This document shows positions 1 to 12,065 of a stretch of 64,000 nt of DNA, one piece after another. The stretch is taken from sequence record PQ657772.1; one strand, 5' to 3'. The first letter of the stretch is position 1, and each line of letters begins with the position of its first letter. The notes under the pieces are model-generated. The model was not told the DNA's origin. It was given only the letters and a program-made list of their open reading frames with translations, and made no database searches. The position numbers and the translations under genes were made by a program.

Positions 1-154
1 TCTCAGGCATGTATTCTTCAGCAGTACGTTTTGGTTGGGCTTTCCCTGTTCCAATCGTCTTGATTGTTTGACGCTGGTCTTCCGCATGTACTGGTGCAAC
101 AAAGCAGGAAGTACTGAATACAACAGCAGTGATTACTAGAAAGTGTTTAAACAT
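1..154 (-). CDS. Secreted/periplasmic hypothetical protein, N-terminal part (runs off window start)
   Basis: ATG at 152-154 reads MFKHFLVITAVVFSTSCFVAPVHAEDQRQ..., a signal-peptide-like sequence ending VHA; open to base 1. Confidence 0.65.
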   Translation of the reverse strand, partial: MFKHFLVITAVVFSTSCFVAPVHAEDQRQTIKTIGTGKAQPKRTAEEYMPE

Positions 155-156
155 AA

Positions 157-384
157 TCAAACCTCTTTTACAATAATGTCGATTTGCACAGGAATAGCAA
201 TCTCACTGTTGCATGAATAAACATCGGCACAGTACTCAATATCTAGTACTTCATAGTATTTTTCAAAGCCACAGATTGTAAGATTCAACGTAGCACCAAT
301 AGCTGGCAATACGGGAAAGGATAAAAATGCAATTTTAGAATTAAATTCTTCATTAATATCTTGATATACAGTGGCAGTAATCAT
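157..384 (-). CDS. Hypothetical protein
   Basis: 75 aa ORF overlapping the stop of the upstream gene. Confidence 0.65.
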   Translation of the reverse strand: MITATVYQDINEEFNSKIAFLSFPVLPAIGATLNLTICGFEKYYEVLDIEYCADVYSCNSEIAIPVQIDIIVKEV

Positions 385-965
385 AATGGTAACTCCTGAA
401 GTGGTTTAATAATACTCAGTACTGGGTGATTTTCAATCATTGGTCGCCCTGGTACACCTGTTAGCACAACTGGAATCGAACTAATGTCTTTTACATAGTT
501 GAATCCCTCAAATGTGAATTCTTGCTTTTTCTCATTATACAATACCCACAGAATAACGTCAGCTTTTTTCTGTATATTTTTTAACTGTCGAGTACTAACA
601 CATGGTCCAAAGTCGGTCCACGATTTGTACTTGATACCTTTCACTTCAATTCTTAAGTTGTTTACTTTGATATCACATTCCCCATCACGTCCATCACTTT
701 GGAACGCTGGATCGATGTTAAGTGCAATACCTGAATAGTTTTCAATTTCATTAAAAAGTACAAATGAAGCATGTTCACATACCATACCAACAAAATGACT
801 GTGAGCGTGATTAAACCCATACGGCGATTTACTTGCAGGTGCAAGAATTTTATATCGTTCGGATTTCTCAATTGCTTTAGCCATAAAAGAATCAGCTTCA
901 TCTTTGTATAGCTTAACAGTCATTTTACCATTTTTCAGTACTAAACGTTTTTCTACAACACTCAT
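381..965 (-). CDS. PD-(D/E)xK nuclease-like protein
   Basis: DGECDIKVNNLRIEVKG fits the D...ExK restriction-like nuclease motif; GGGG RBS. Confidence 0.55.
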   Translation of the reverse strand: MSVVEKRLVLKNGKMTVKLYKDEADSFMAKAIEKSERYKILAPASKSPYGFNHAHSHFVGMVCEHASFVLFNEIENYSGIALNIDPAFQSDGRDGECDIKVNNLRIEVKGIKYKSWTDFGPCVSTRQLKNIQKKADVILWVLYNEKKQEFTFEGFNYVKDISSIPVVLTGVPGRPMIENHPVLSIIKPLQELPL

Positions 966-1044
966 AAAATCCCCTTATTGATATTCCATTTAAGTATACG
1001 TCAAAAACACAACTCAGTCAAGGTGCTTTTTTACCTATCTAGAA

Positions 1045-1050
1045 TAAATA
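1045..1050 (+). promoter_or_regulatory. Late-promoter-like TAAATA upstream of 1082..2239
   Basis: TAAATA recurs upstream of probable virion genes (also 37773, 43730, 50237, 55004, 63098); resembles the T4 late TATAAATA. Confidence 0.45.
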
Positions 1051-1081
1051 CGTTATAATAATTATACCAATGGAGGGATGA

Positions 1082-2239
1082 ATGTCAAGATCGATTGCTG
1101 CTGCTGGACAATATAAGTTCGGTGAATGTGGATATGTAGTCGATGGTGCAATTCTCAACGATGGGACTAAACTCAAAAATGTTCGAATCTATCGTCAGAG
1201 AAGCCATAGATTATATGATTTACTTGATCCTGTAAGTAATGTAATTTATCGTAAAGTACAAATTACAACAAAGGATATACAAGGATATCAATTAAACTAC
1301 AACAAAACTAATGACCAAATCCTAAGTGAAATAAGAAAGAACTCTTTTTTCGTAAGAGGATACTCAGATGCTAAACTTGAATCAGATCCTACTGGGTTTG
1401 TTTATAAGTTTCTTTTGCACAAAACAATTCTAGGTAGTTCACAAACACTATATAATATGTACACCCCTGAATGCGGGATTATAGATAGAGATATAGACAA
1501 CATCCTTATGTTCCCAACGTTCGTAGGTGATGATTTGGTAGGTGGTCGCCTATTCAACGCAGGTTCAGCCATTGATACAACTGGAATGCGTATTACCGTT
1601 ATACTTCCTGACGGAACCGAGTACTTCACAACTGAAATAATTGATGATGTTTTTAGTATTCCAGTTGATCCAATTACTCAATCCGGTAAAGGAACCATCA
1701 TACTCACTTCTGACATATATAATACCAAAACTATTGAATTTGATATACTAGAAAGCGGCGAAGATATTGACTTCGTTACTTCAGTACTTCTATCTCAGTT
1801 TGAGTACACGTCCGATGGTATGTACGTGGCAACTGTACCAGCTACTGTGCATGAACGTGGTGAGTATCTTGCTCTACAAGCATACAGTGGTGATTTATTC
1901 CAAATTGGAGTAGACCTCATTGTAGATCCTAGCGGTAATATTACTGTGTACCAAACTGATGATGCTCCAATCTCATTGAGTATTATTGGTAAAACCTTAC
2001 ACACCACTCCATATCACAACACGTATACTGATAGTGATTGGGTAGATGATGGTGATTCTATGTACACACTGTCCATTCCTGCCAGTGAACATGGTAAAAT
2101 CCTCCCACAAGTTCAAGTCTATGCTGAAGACAATCACGTTGTACTAAGTGAAGTTGAACTCGATGCAGATGATAATGTTGTATTAAAAGTTGTTGAACCA
2201 TTTGGCTGTACTGTAGTCATTGTTGGTTATAACGCATAA
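1082..2239 (+). CDS. Probable virion structural protein with two C-terminal tandem beta-rich repeats
   Basis: GGAGGG RBS; 385 aa acidic; repeats DGMYVATVPATVHERG / DSMYTLSIPASEHGK; TAAATA upstream. Confidence 0.6.
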   Translation: MSRSIAAAGQYKFGECGYVVDGAILNDGTKLKNVRIYRQRSHRLYDLLDPVSNVIYRKVQITTKDIQGYQLNYNKTNDQILSEIRKNSFFVRGYSDAKLESDPTGFVYKFLLHKTILGSSQTLYNMYTPECGIIDRDIDNILMFPTFVGDDLVGGRLFNAGSAIDTTGMRITVILPDGTEYFTTEIIDDVFSIPVDPITQSGKGTIILTSDIYNTKTIEFDILESGEDIDFVTSVLLSQFEYTSDGMYVATVPATVHERGEYLALQAYSGDLFQIGVDLIVDPSGNITVYQTDDAPISLSIIGKTLHTTPYHNTYTDSDWVDDGDSMYTLSIPASEHGKILPQVQVYAEDNHVVLSEVELDADDNVVLKVVEPFGCTVVIVGYNA

Positions 2240-2240
2240 C

Positions 2241-2274
2241 AAAAAAGCCACTACAATGTAGTGGCTTTTCTTTT
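2241..2274. terminator. Bidirectional intrinsic terminator
   Basis: AAAAAA-GCCACTACA-A-TGTAGTGGC-TTTT between convergent genes. Confidence 0.85.
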
Positions 2275-2283
2275 ATCTATATC

Positions 2284-3099
2284 TTATTTGAAGTTTTTAC
2301 GTAGAACTTCTTCCAGTGTTTGTTCTGGATTAGCAATTGCAACAGTGTAAATCAAATCTTTGAATGCCTGTACTGCTTGCTCAGTTGCTTCTTTACCGAA
2401 GTTAGCTGAAATACTGCTAAACATATTTTCAGCACGTTCAGAACTAATTAGTTCATTAACAAAGGTATCAATCTCTTTTTTGAGTTGACCAGTGGTCATG
2501 TCACCAATTAGCATTTCATCAACTTCTGGCTTTTCATCAGTACTAACACGTACATTTGTAAAGCCAAATACATCATCCAGTGAACCAAAACTATGTTTAA
2601 CTTTAGTAACAATAGATGGCTTGGTGCGTTCTACTGGTTCTTCTTGTTTCTCTTCAGAATCAGTACTTGATTCGTATGGCTTGGTGAACATATGAGTGAG
2701 AACGTCATCAATGTTTTTAATCATACCTTCAACACGTTCTTCAGTTTTCTTAGTAACTTCTTTGAATGCTTGCTCAAGTAGACGATCTTGAACTGTAGTA
2801 CGTACATCACCAACAACACCACGTAATTTTTCATTACACTGGTCTAGAATTGATAATAGTTCACCACTTTTAATTTTGTCAACCAATAAATCAAGGTCAG
2901 ATTTAACTTCAGGTTTCTTCTCAATACCATTTAGTAAGCTGTTAAGCTCTTGAGCACCCTCAATCGCTTCTTGATGACTGGTAAATTGAACAGGCACATC
3001 AACACCATCTAGAACGATATTGAGTACTTTACCATCTACATAAGCGTAAGAGTAAGATTCTTTTTTGAAGGAAATGGTTTTGAAGAAAATGTTGCTCAT
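2284..3099 (-). CDS. Hypothetical protein (271 aa, helical)
   Basis: Long ORF, GGAG RBS. Confidence 0.85.
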   Translation of the reverse strand: MSNIFFKTISFKKESYSYAYVDGKVLNIVLDGVDVPVQFTSHQEAIEGAQELNSLLNGIEKKPEVKSDLDLLVDKIKSGELLSILDQCNEKLRGVVGDVRTTVQDRLLEQAFKEVTKKTEERVEGMIKNIDDVLTHMFTKPYESSTDSEEKQEEPVERTKPSIVTKVKHSFGSLDDVFGFTNVRVSTDEKPEVDEMLIGDMTTGQLKKEIDTFVNELISSERAENMFSSISANFGKEATEQAVQAFKDLIYTVAIANPEQTLEEVLRKNFK

Positions 3100-3110
3100 A
3101 TTATTACTCC

Positions 3111-3452
3111 TTATTTCCCAGATGCTGGGTATGTTTTAAACATATAGTGACATTGTACTAAATCATTGAATTTCAATCCAAAATCTTTAGTACCCATCAG
3201 TGTGTGATAAAAATAATGTGAAATCTCATTGGTTTCTGCATCTTTAATATAGATACCGAACTCGGTACAGCAGAACTGAACGACTTCATTATAACCTACT
3301 AATTTCGAAACAACAAGTACTTGATCATAAGAATTTGCATCAAAACGAATGATATACATATCTTCAGTTTCAGGATGCACAATCATACCACCACGTGAAA
3401 TGATTTTGACAAAATTCTCGCTCAAGTACTGAATTGTTGAACTCATGTCCAT
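3111..3452 (-). CDS. Hypothetical protein
   Basis: 113 aa ORF in a tight minus-strand array. Confidence 0.75.
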   Translation of the reverse strand: MDMSSTIQYLSENFVKIISRGGMIVHPETEDMYIIRFDANSYDQVLVVSKLVGYNEVVQFCCTEFGIYIKDAETNEISHYFYHTLMGTKDFGLKFNDLVQCHYMFKTYPASGK

Positions 3453-3662
3453 CTACGACTCCTTGCGTATAACACGTCCTGTTAAGTGCTCGTCTGCACA
3501 GAACTTCATTATAAATGCCTTAAGATAGAAGTTGTCTAAGATGCGGTATGCTTGCTTCTTCATAACAACTTCCTTCTTTTCTACATCTACAATTATATCA
3601 TGTTCTTCATGAAGTTCCTGGATCATTTTGTAAGTTTGGGAATTTAGTACGCTCATAACCAC
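3453..3662 (-). CDS. Hypothetical protein (true start possibly MIQEL)
   Basis: ORF fills the gap in the array. Confidence 0.55.
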   Translation of the reverse strand: MVMSVLNSQTYKMIQELHEEHDIIVDVEKKEVVMKKQAYRILDNFYLKAFIMKFCADEHLTGRVIRKES

Positions 3663-3972
3663 CTATATCCTCCATTTCCCATAAAATTCCAATCGCAACT
3701 GAAAGATCATGGTGAATTTGAAAATAGCCATTTGCAGCAGTGTAGATATAACCATGCTTGGTTATTGCATAACCCCACTTCTTACTCTCGGAATGCATCT
3801 CACGCTTCAATGCATATGGTGAGCGGGGTAGCTTCTCTGGCTCTGGCTCACGGTTTTCGTTGTAAATCTCTTGTTCGATTCTCAACGCTTTATGATATGA
3901 GTATACATGAATTAGACGACAAAGTACAATAGTAATGCAACAAATAATTGTAAAATATATCAGATTAATCAT
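3607..3972 (-). CDS. Hypothetical membrane-anchored protein
   Basis: N-terminal hydrophobic stretch LIYFTIICCITIVLC. Confidence 0.7.
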   Translation of the reverse strand: MINLIYFTIICCITIVLCRLIHVYSYHKALRIEQEIYNENREPEPEKLPRSPYALKREMHSESKKWGYAITKHGYIYTAANGYFQIHHDLSVAIGILWEMEDIGGYERTKFPNLQNDPGTS

Positions 3973-4388
3973 TTCAACCTCTGCATAGAAACGTACTCGT
4001 TGATTGCATCAACTAAATCATATCCAGACATCACCGTATCATTGATGGTCACATTGTACTTTTTACGAACTTGTGTACCATCTGTTTTACTGTATAGTGA
4101 TCCATCTGGTTGAATTGCTAAAGTATTGTTTAGGATAAAATCAAACATTTCTTCTTTTGATAGATTTACAGTACAGGTGTCAATATGATCAGTACTTACC
4201 AATTCACGAGTATGTTTAACACCGTACTCGGTGTGTTCACCTACACTACGATGCAATACCTTTAACTGCTCCGCTGCTGTCTCTTCGTCATAGACATGAA
4301 TAGTTTCAGTACTGTATAAAATATCTTGAATATTACCAGTACTTACTTCTGTCCATGTATCTTTGAAATGTGTTTTGATTGTTTTCAT
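3969..4388 (-). CDS. Hypothetical protein
   Basis: 139 aa ORF, 4-nt overlap with next gene. Confidence 0.8.
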   Translation of the reverse strand: MKTIKTHFKDTWTEVSTGNIQDILYSTETIHVYDEETAAEQLKVLHRSVGEHTEYGVKHTRELVSTDHIDTCTVNLSKEEMFDFILNNTLAIQPDGSLYSKTDGTQVRKKYNVTINDTVMSGYDLVDAINEYVSMQRLK

Positions 4389-4399
4389 ATTATCTCGTA

Positions 4400-4852
4400 T
4401 TAGTTATATGAAGTAAATAGATCAATACTTTCATCATCTACACTGATTAATTTACCAGTTGAACTAACAAACACAATATTACCACCAGGGGTGAGTTGAA
4501 CACGCTGGTTTACTGAATATTGATCACTAAGGTTATAATTAGCCCATTCAACTACATAACGCTGTTCAACACCATTAGTATCATAAAGATAAACGTGTGT
4601 AACATCACGCATTTTTAAACGGTCTAACAGTGTAGAGTTATCCATGAAATCCGATGGTGTATCACTACGCAATGCAATACCGAACTCACCAATACCAGTA
4701 CTAATAGTTAGACCGTTGGAAAAACGACTACAAAGAGTTTTCTCGTCAGCAATATGCATCCATAAAACATTCTTTACATCAATCTCAATGAACTCACAAT
4801 TTTCAAAAACTAAACCTACTTTAGAAACCTTACCATTAAATTGCATCATCAA
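4400..4852 (-). CDS. Hypothetical protein
   Basis: 150 aa ORF, GGAG RBS. Confidence 0.8.
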   Translation of the reverse strand: MMMQFNGKVSKVGLVFENCEFIEIDVKNVLWMHIADEKTLCSRFSNGLTISTGIGEFGIALRSDTPSDFMDNSTLLDRLKMRDVTHVYLYDTNGVEQRYVVEWANYNLSDQYSVNQRVQLTPGGNIVFVSSTGKLISVDDESIDLFTSYN

Positions 4853-5285
4853 CTCCTATTTTTTTGTATTTTAAAATAAAATCTCTTGCTGCTTTCATAA
4901 GTTTAAATGGAATAGCTAATTCTTTGACAGTACTATCCATGAAATGTTCTTCTTCTGTATCATAGAATGTTGACATGAAATGGTCACAATCATCAATTCT
5001 ATCCCAGAAATCAGAAGTACTTGGTTTGTTGGCAATAACAGTGATTGTTTTAGTATAGGAAGCATGTATCGTTAATCCAATATCACCCTTTTCAACACGA
5101 ATTATAAATGAACTATCAGATGTATAGTTCAGCCAACAATCTTTACCGAAGTATACAGTACTGTGTTTCTTCTCAAATGTATTACTGTTTTCAAGTACAT
5201 CAATGACAATATCAACTGCATTATCACTTAAAATTTTGACCATATCATCTTCCTCGTAGGGTTCTGGCAATTTCAAAGATACCAT
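4836..5285 (-). CDS. FQxST-box family paralog
   Basis: C-terminal DTEEEHFMDSTVKEL. Confidence 0.75.
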   Translation of the reverse strand: MVSLKLPEPYEEDDMVKILSDNAVDIVIDVLENSNTFEKKHSTVYFGKDCWLNYTSDSSFIIRVEKGDIGLTIHASYTKTITVIANKPSTSDFWDRIDDCDHFMSTFYDTEEEHFMDSTVKELAIPFKLMKAARDFILKYKKIGVDDAI

Positions 5286-5315
5286 TTATGTTGTCAATTG
5301 TCAACATTTAAATGT

Positions 5316-5792
5316 TTATCCTTTATTTTGTTGTACGTTTTTATGTAGTACACCACAAATATAAAATAATTTACTTAGATTAGAATAACTTATGTTAGTT
5401 AGATCGTATACGAAATTTAGTTGCATGTACATATCTTCAGTTAAATCATACAACGATTCATCCACATCAATTACGATTTTGTGCGTGGTATCAATCTCTA
5501 CTTTATTAGGCCACATATCAATAACATAATCATTACCATGTTTTTCAGATATGGAAATGAACACATTATCGCTTTGTTCTAAAAACTCCATGTATCCGTT
5601 AAGAAATGATCCAGTTATTATCTCATATTCACCAGAATAATACGTTGTTCTGGACTCAAATGCATTAAAAAATATAAAACGATATGTTTGGTTGATATAC
5701 TCATCCATTAAACTAATAACTTCTTTATTCATTACATTAATCCCCACAAGAAAAAAGGCCGATTCATAATGAATCAGCCTTAAGTATAACAC
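5316..5792 (-). CDS. FQxST-box family paralog, divergent (true start probably MNKEV)
   Basis: C-terminal LTEDMYMQLNFVYDLTNISYSNL. Confidence 0.65.
   Translation of the reverse strand: MLYLRLIHYESAFFLVGINVMNKEVISLMDEYINQTYRFIFFNAFESRTTYYSGEYEIITGSFLNGYMEFLEQSDNVFISISEKHGNDYVIDMWPNKVEIDTTHKIVIDVDESLYDLTEDMYMQLNFVYDLTNISYSNLSKLFYICGVLHKNVQQNKG
5751..5781 (-). terminator. Intrinsic terminator immediately downstream of a promoter
   Basis: AAGGCTGATTCAT-TATGAATCGGCC-TTTTTT on minus strand. Confidence 0.65.
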
Positions 5793-5812
5793 AGTAGAAG
5801 TAAAAATGTCAA
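5783..5812 (-). promoter_or_regulatory. Sigma70-type promoter
   Basis: TTGACA-N18-TATACT with TGTG extended -10. Confidence 0.65.
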
Positions 5813-5972
5813 CTTCTAAAATACAGTATCAAAGAGGAATAAAAAAGATACTGTTAGAGGGTAACGAATATAATGAACCATGAGGGTGATATCATTATAC
5901 TTTAAAAGAGTGATAGCTTCTAGACAAAAGGAGGAATTCAGTACCGACTAGAAGCTATCCGGTTAAACGATT

Positions 5973-6257
5973 TCAGTACTGAATGTTTAGTTTAGGATGA
6001 GTATGTCCATCTTCGATTTGCTTTAGAATCGAGTCGCGGATCTCCACTGCACCCTGATAACTGTATTTATCGTTCGGAACTACCCATGTATATTCACCAT
6101 CAGTGGTTTTAAAATCAATACATGGATTGTCTCTGTATTCAGATGCAATGATTGAAATAACATGCAATGAATTCAATGAATGATTTATATAAGGATAATT
6201 GTTATTGTCTCGGAACGTGAATGTTTTTAGTTCATCAGGTGCAACAATAAATTCCAT
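5973..6257 (-). CDS. Hypothetical protein
   Basis: 94 aa ORF, 1-nt stop/start overlap. Confidence 0.75.
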   Translation of the reverse strand: MEFIVAPDELKTFTFRDNNNYPYINHSLNSLHVISIIASEYRDNPCIDFKTTDGEYTWVVPNDKYSYQGAVEIRDSILKQIEDGHTHPKLNIQY

Positions 6258-6448
6258 TATTCATCCTCGTACTTCTTGAATGGTTGAACATCTCCATTGA
6301 AGTCTTTGCACATCTTAGTTGCACGAACTTCAGTGTTGTTGTGGTAATTTTTCTTAAATTCATAAGAAACATAATTACGAATACCAGGTGTATGAATAAT
6401 AGCAAGAACCAATGTACGACCAAATAAGCATAACAAATTCAAAAACAT
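6257..6448 (-). CDS. Hypothetical protein
   Basis: 63 aa ORF, GGAG RBS. Confidence 0.55.
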   Translation of the reverse strand: MFLNLLCLFGRTLVLAIIHTPGIRNYVSYEFKKNYHNNTEVRATKMCKDFNGDVQPFKKYEDE

Positions 6449-6461
6449 ATTAAGCTCCGAG

Positions 6462-6821
6462 TTATGGATTAATCAAACGACACATACCAACTATAACATT
6501 TATCTCTTCTAATGTCAAGTCACCAATGTCATTTATCATTGAGTACTGGAATAATGACTCTTCTGTGTACTCAAAATCATGTACTGCTATAAAAAATGGC
6601 TCCTTAGAAACATCTAATGTTATCTTAGCCATTGTACTATATAAATCAAATTGATACAAAATATTAGGAGAAGTATATGCTATGTATATATTATTAGATT
6701 CAGATGGGTGTACCAGTGTGAATACATCATAACATAATATTTTTATGTTAGGATCATCAAAATTACCAGTATAAAGATTCTTACGAACATCTTGCATTAT
6801 ACGAGTTATTAAACTAGTCAT
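6462..6821 (-). CDS. FQxST-box family paralog
   Basis: YTEESLFQYSMINDIGDLTLEEI. Confidence 0.8.
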   Translation of the reverse strand: MTSLITRIMQDVRKNLYTGNFDDPNIKILCYDVFTLVHPSESNNIYIAYTSPNILYQFDLYSTMAKITLDVSKEPFFIAVHDFEYTEESLFQYSMINDIGDLTLEEINVIVGMCRLINP

Positions 6822-7230
6822 TAAACGGATTTGGAACCTCTTCTGGAATCAATCTTTTAACTTTAAGGATAGCACTAATGTCCTCAAATGTCAATCCATT
6901 TAGATCGTTTACGAGACAGTACTGAAAGAATTTTTCTTCAGTATCAATATCGTCAAAATTCAATTCAATTCTAGTGTCATAATAATCACTATTTACATTA
7001 GCAATTCTGATTTTAACTCGTTCAAAATACACATCAAATGAATAAAAATGATTATTGATTTCATAACCAAGAAAAATATTAAAACATTTACTCAAATCAG
7101 TGGTTTCGTTCAAATCGTCATCATAGCAAAAAACTCTAACTTCACCAATATCTTCTAATTGTACATCATGCAGTGACCATGCGTTGTTTTTTAATACGTA
7201 GTTCACCATTTTAACAATGTTGTATGTCAT
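6814..7230 (-). CDS. FQxST-box family paralog
   Basis: DTEEKFFQYCLVNDLNGLTFEDI. Confidence 0.8.
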   Translation of the reverse strand: MTYNIVKMVNYVLKNNAWSLHDVQLEDIGEVRVFCYDDDLNETTDLSKCFNIFLGYEINNHFYSFDVYFERVKIRIANVNSDYYDTRIELNFDDIDTEEKFFQYCLVNDLNGLTFEDISAILKVKRLIPEEVPNPFND

Positions 7231-7246
7231 AGTGTACCTTATAAAA

Positions 7247-7642
7247 TTATTTACGATTCCTTGCGGAGTTCTTGTTCCTTGCTCTGAATGTTGGTGTCAT
7301 TGAATGACAATTAGGGCAAAGGATTTTTAAATTTGGTAGGTCATTATTTGTAGCATCACCATCAATGTGCTCAACTTCTGTCAGTACTGCACCATCAGTT
7401 GGATGACGTTTATCCCATCCACACTCTTCACATGCAGTTCCGCGTGTTTCATGTAGGTATCTTCTCACAAATGGACATAACTGTATAGTAATACCTTTAT
7501 ATCCTGGATGTTCACCGTTAAGCCATTTATCAACTTTCTGTTGATATTGTAGCTCTTGTTGACATGCAACACTACAATATTTTGTTTGACCCTTTCGAAC
7601 CAATTCAATTTTACAACATGCACAATAACGTTTTTCTTTCAT
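7247..7642 (-). CDS. HNH endonuclease (Zn-binding), directly downstream of tRNA-Thr
   Basis: CEECGW...EVEHIDGDATNNDLPNLKILCPNCHS; start MKEKR at 7642 with GGAG RBS (the track's 7714 start lies in the tRNA). Confidence 0.85.
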   Translation of the reverse strand: MKEKRYCACCKIELVRKGQTKYCSVACQQELQYQQKVDKWLNGEHPGYKGITIQLCPFVRRYLHETRGTACEECGWDKRHPTDGAVLTEVEHIDGDATNNDLPNLKILCPNCHSMTPTFRARNKNSARNRK

Positions 7643-7707
7643 ATAGTTCTCCATATAGTATGGAGTATTTATTTTCAAGAAAAATGTTATTTCTAAGAAT
7701 ATATTTG

Positions 7708-7778
7708 TGGTCAATATTAGAATCGAACTAATGACTCAGACTTACAAGATCCGTGTTATACCATTTAACTAATCAACC
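7708..7778 (-). tRNA. tRNA-Thr(TGT), no encoded CCA (followed by CAA)
   Basis: Acceptor GGTTGAT/ATTGACC, D arm GTTA/TAAC, anticodon arm CGGAT-CTTGTAA-GTCTG, T arm ATTAG-TTCGATT-CTAAT. Confidence 0.8.
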
Positions 7779-7782
7779 AGAT

Positions 7783-8034
<252 letters not shown>

Positions 8035-8036
8035 TA

Positions 8037-8852
<816 letters not shown>

Positions 8853-8869
8853 TCCCTATATCATGTGAA

Positions 8870-9814
<945 letters not shown>

Positions 9815-9845
9815 CCCTTTCGTTTACATTGCACAGTACTTAATC

Positions 9846-10223
<378 letters not shown>

Positions 10224-10239
10224 ATCACCAACTTTAATT

Positions 10240-10578
10240 AAAAAAATGGATGGTGACGCTTTTAAACGCCGCTGTTAATTCAGCTTTATAACCACCCGTT
10301 TTAACTTGCCTTTCGGCTACCTTGACGTGGGGCGTACAGGCTACTAAAAGCAACTACTGTAAACATATTTCCACGCCTTACCCTTTTAAATAAAAGTCCA
10401 TCCGGTTTTCCAGTTTGGTGAAGGATAGTCACCTCTAGTTTAAACCTGCTAGTCAAGTAATAATTGCCTATCGTCCAATTATCAAACCCGTCTAGGTTAA
10501 CATTCACCACTTCCTAGAGTACCAGAGATCTTGTTCTGGATTGCATCGACGTAACTTACACCATATACGTCTGATTGT
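10240..10578 (-). ncRNA. Large structured ncRNA (~340 nt), unknown family
   Basis: Own consensus promoter (10586-10614), about 14 hand-predicted helices, GAAA tetraloop and G-U pairs favour minus strand, ends in T7 run. Confidence 0.75.
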
Positions 10579-10585
10579 GGAATTC

Positions 10586-10610
10586 ATTATATCAGTACTG
10601 AACTATTTAG

Positions 10611-10614
<4 letters not shown>
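10586..10614 (-). promoter_or_regulatory. Repeated sigma70 promoter, copy 2 (drives ncRNA)
   Basis: TTGACT-AAATAGTTCAGTACTGA-TATAAT, identical to copy 1. Confidence 0.85.
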
Positions 10615-11206
<592 letters not shown>

Positions 11207-11210
<4 letters not shown>

Positions 11211-11367
11211 ATTCGTACCAGTAGTTCAATTAAGTACATTTCATATGCTGGATCGTTGATAAGTTTATCATACAGATGTGGCTCTGAAATGAATTCCCAA
11301 TGATACTTTAGCCATTTACCGATACCCGAATATCTAAAATTAATGTCATTCATCCATTCTTCATGTG

Positions 11368-11371
<4 letters not shown>
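11207..11371 (-). CDS. THEEW-family small protein (54 aa)
   Basis: MTHEEWMNDINFRYSGIGKWLKYHWEFISEPHLYDKLINDPAYEMYLIELLVRI; ATGA-coupled. Confidence 0.8.
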
Positions 11372-11532
<161 letters not shown>

Positions 11533-11549
11533 GGTTTAACCTTTAATTG

Positions 11550-11635
<86 letters not shown>

Positions 11636-11639
11636 ATTT

Positions 11640-11755
<116 letters not shown>

Positions 11756-11772
11756 ATAGTCTGTTCCAATAT

Positions 11773-12045
11773 TTATGATTCGGTTTCGGGATTAAATTTT
11801 ATAAATTCATCTTTATGTTCATCTTCAATCGCAATATCTTCTACGTGTTCAGGCCAGATTGTGGTGTCCCCTTGGTAGAAGCGATAGTTATCGAATTCTG
11901 CACTACGTGTTCTTCCCTGTTCCCAACCAATAGTACAGTCATGATATACATCACCACTACGTGTGCGAATGCTTATTGAGTCTTGTGTTTCATAAAGAAC
12001 GTCAATGCGTGTGTTGCGATTTGTATTGAATTTTTCAAAATGCAT
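11773..12045 (-). CDS. Hypothetical protein
   Basis: 90 aa ORF. Confidence 0.7.
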   Translation of the reverse strand: MHFEKFNTNRNTRIDVLYETQDSISIRTRSGDVYHDCTIGWEQGRTRSAEFDNYRFYQGDTTIWPEHVEDIAIEDEHKDEFIKFNPETES

Positions 12046-12065
12046 AGTAATCCCAATAACAATTG

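Noticed and set aside
3607-3662. Possible frameshift joining 3607..3972 and 3453..3662, and the similar 41-nt overlap at 40982-41022
   Set aside because: Short overlaps are common in this array, both parts have plausible own starts, and no homology evidence supports fusion
10301-10510. 69-aa minus-strand GTG ORF inside the large ncRNA
   Set aside because: No convincing RBS, atypical composition, and the region is explained by dense base pairing extending beyond both ORF ends
10533-10551. Plus-strand TTCTGGATTGCATCGACG resembling the tmRNA 5' end
   Set aside because: Wrong strand relative to promoter and G-U polarity; no GGGG start and no T-arm/CCA 3' domain
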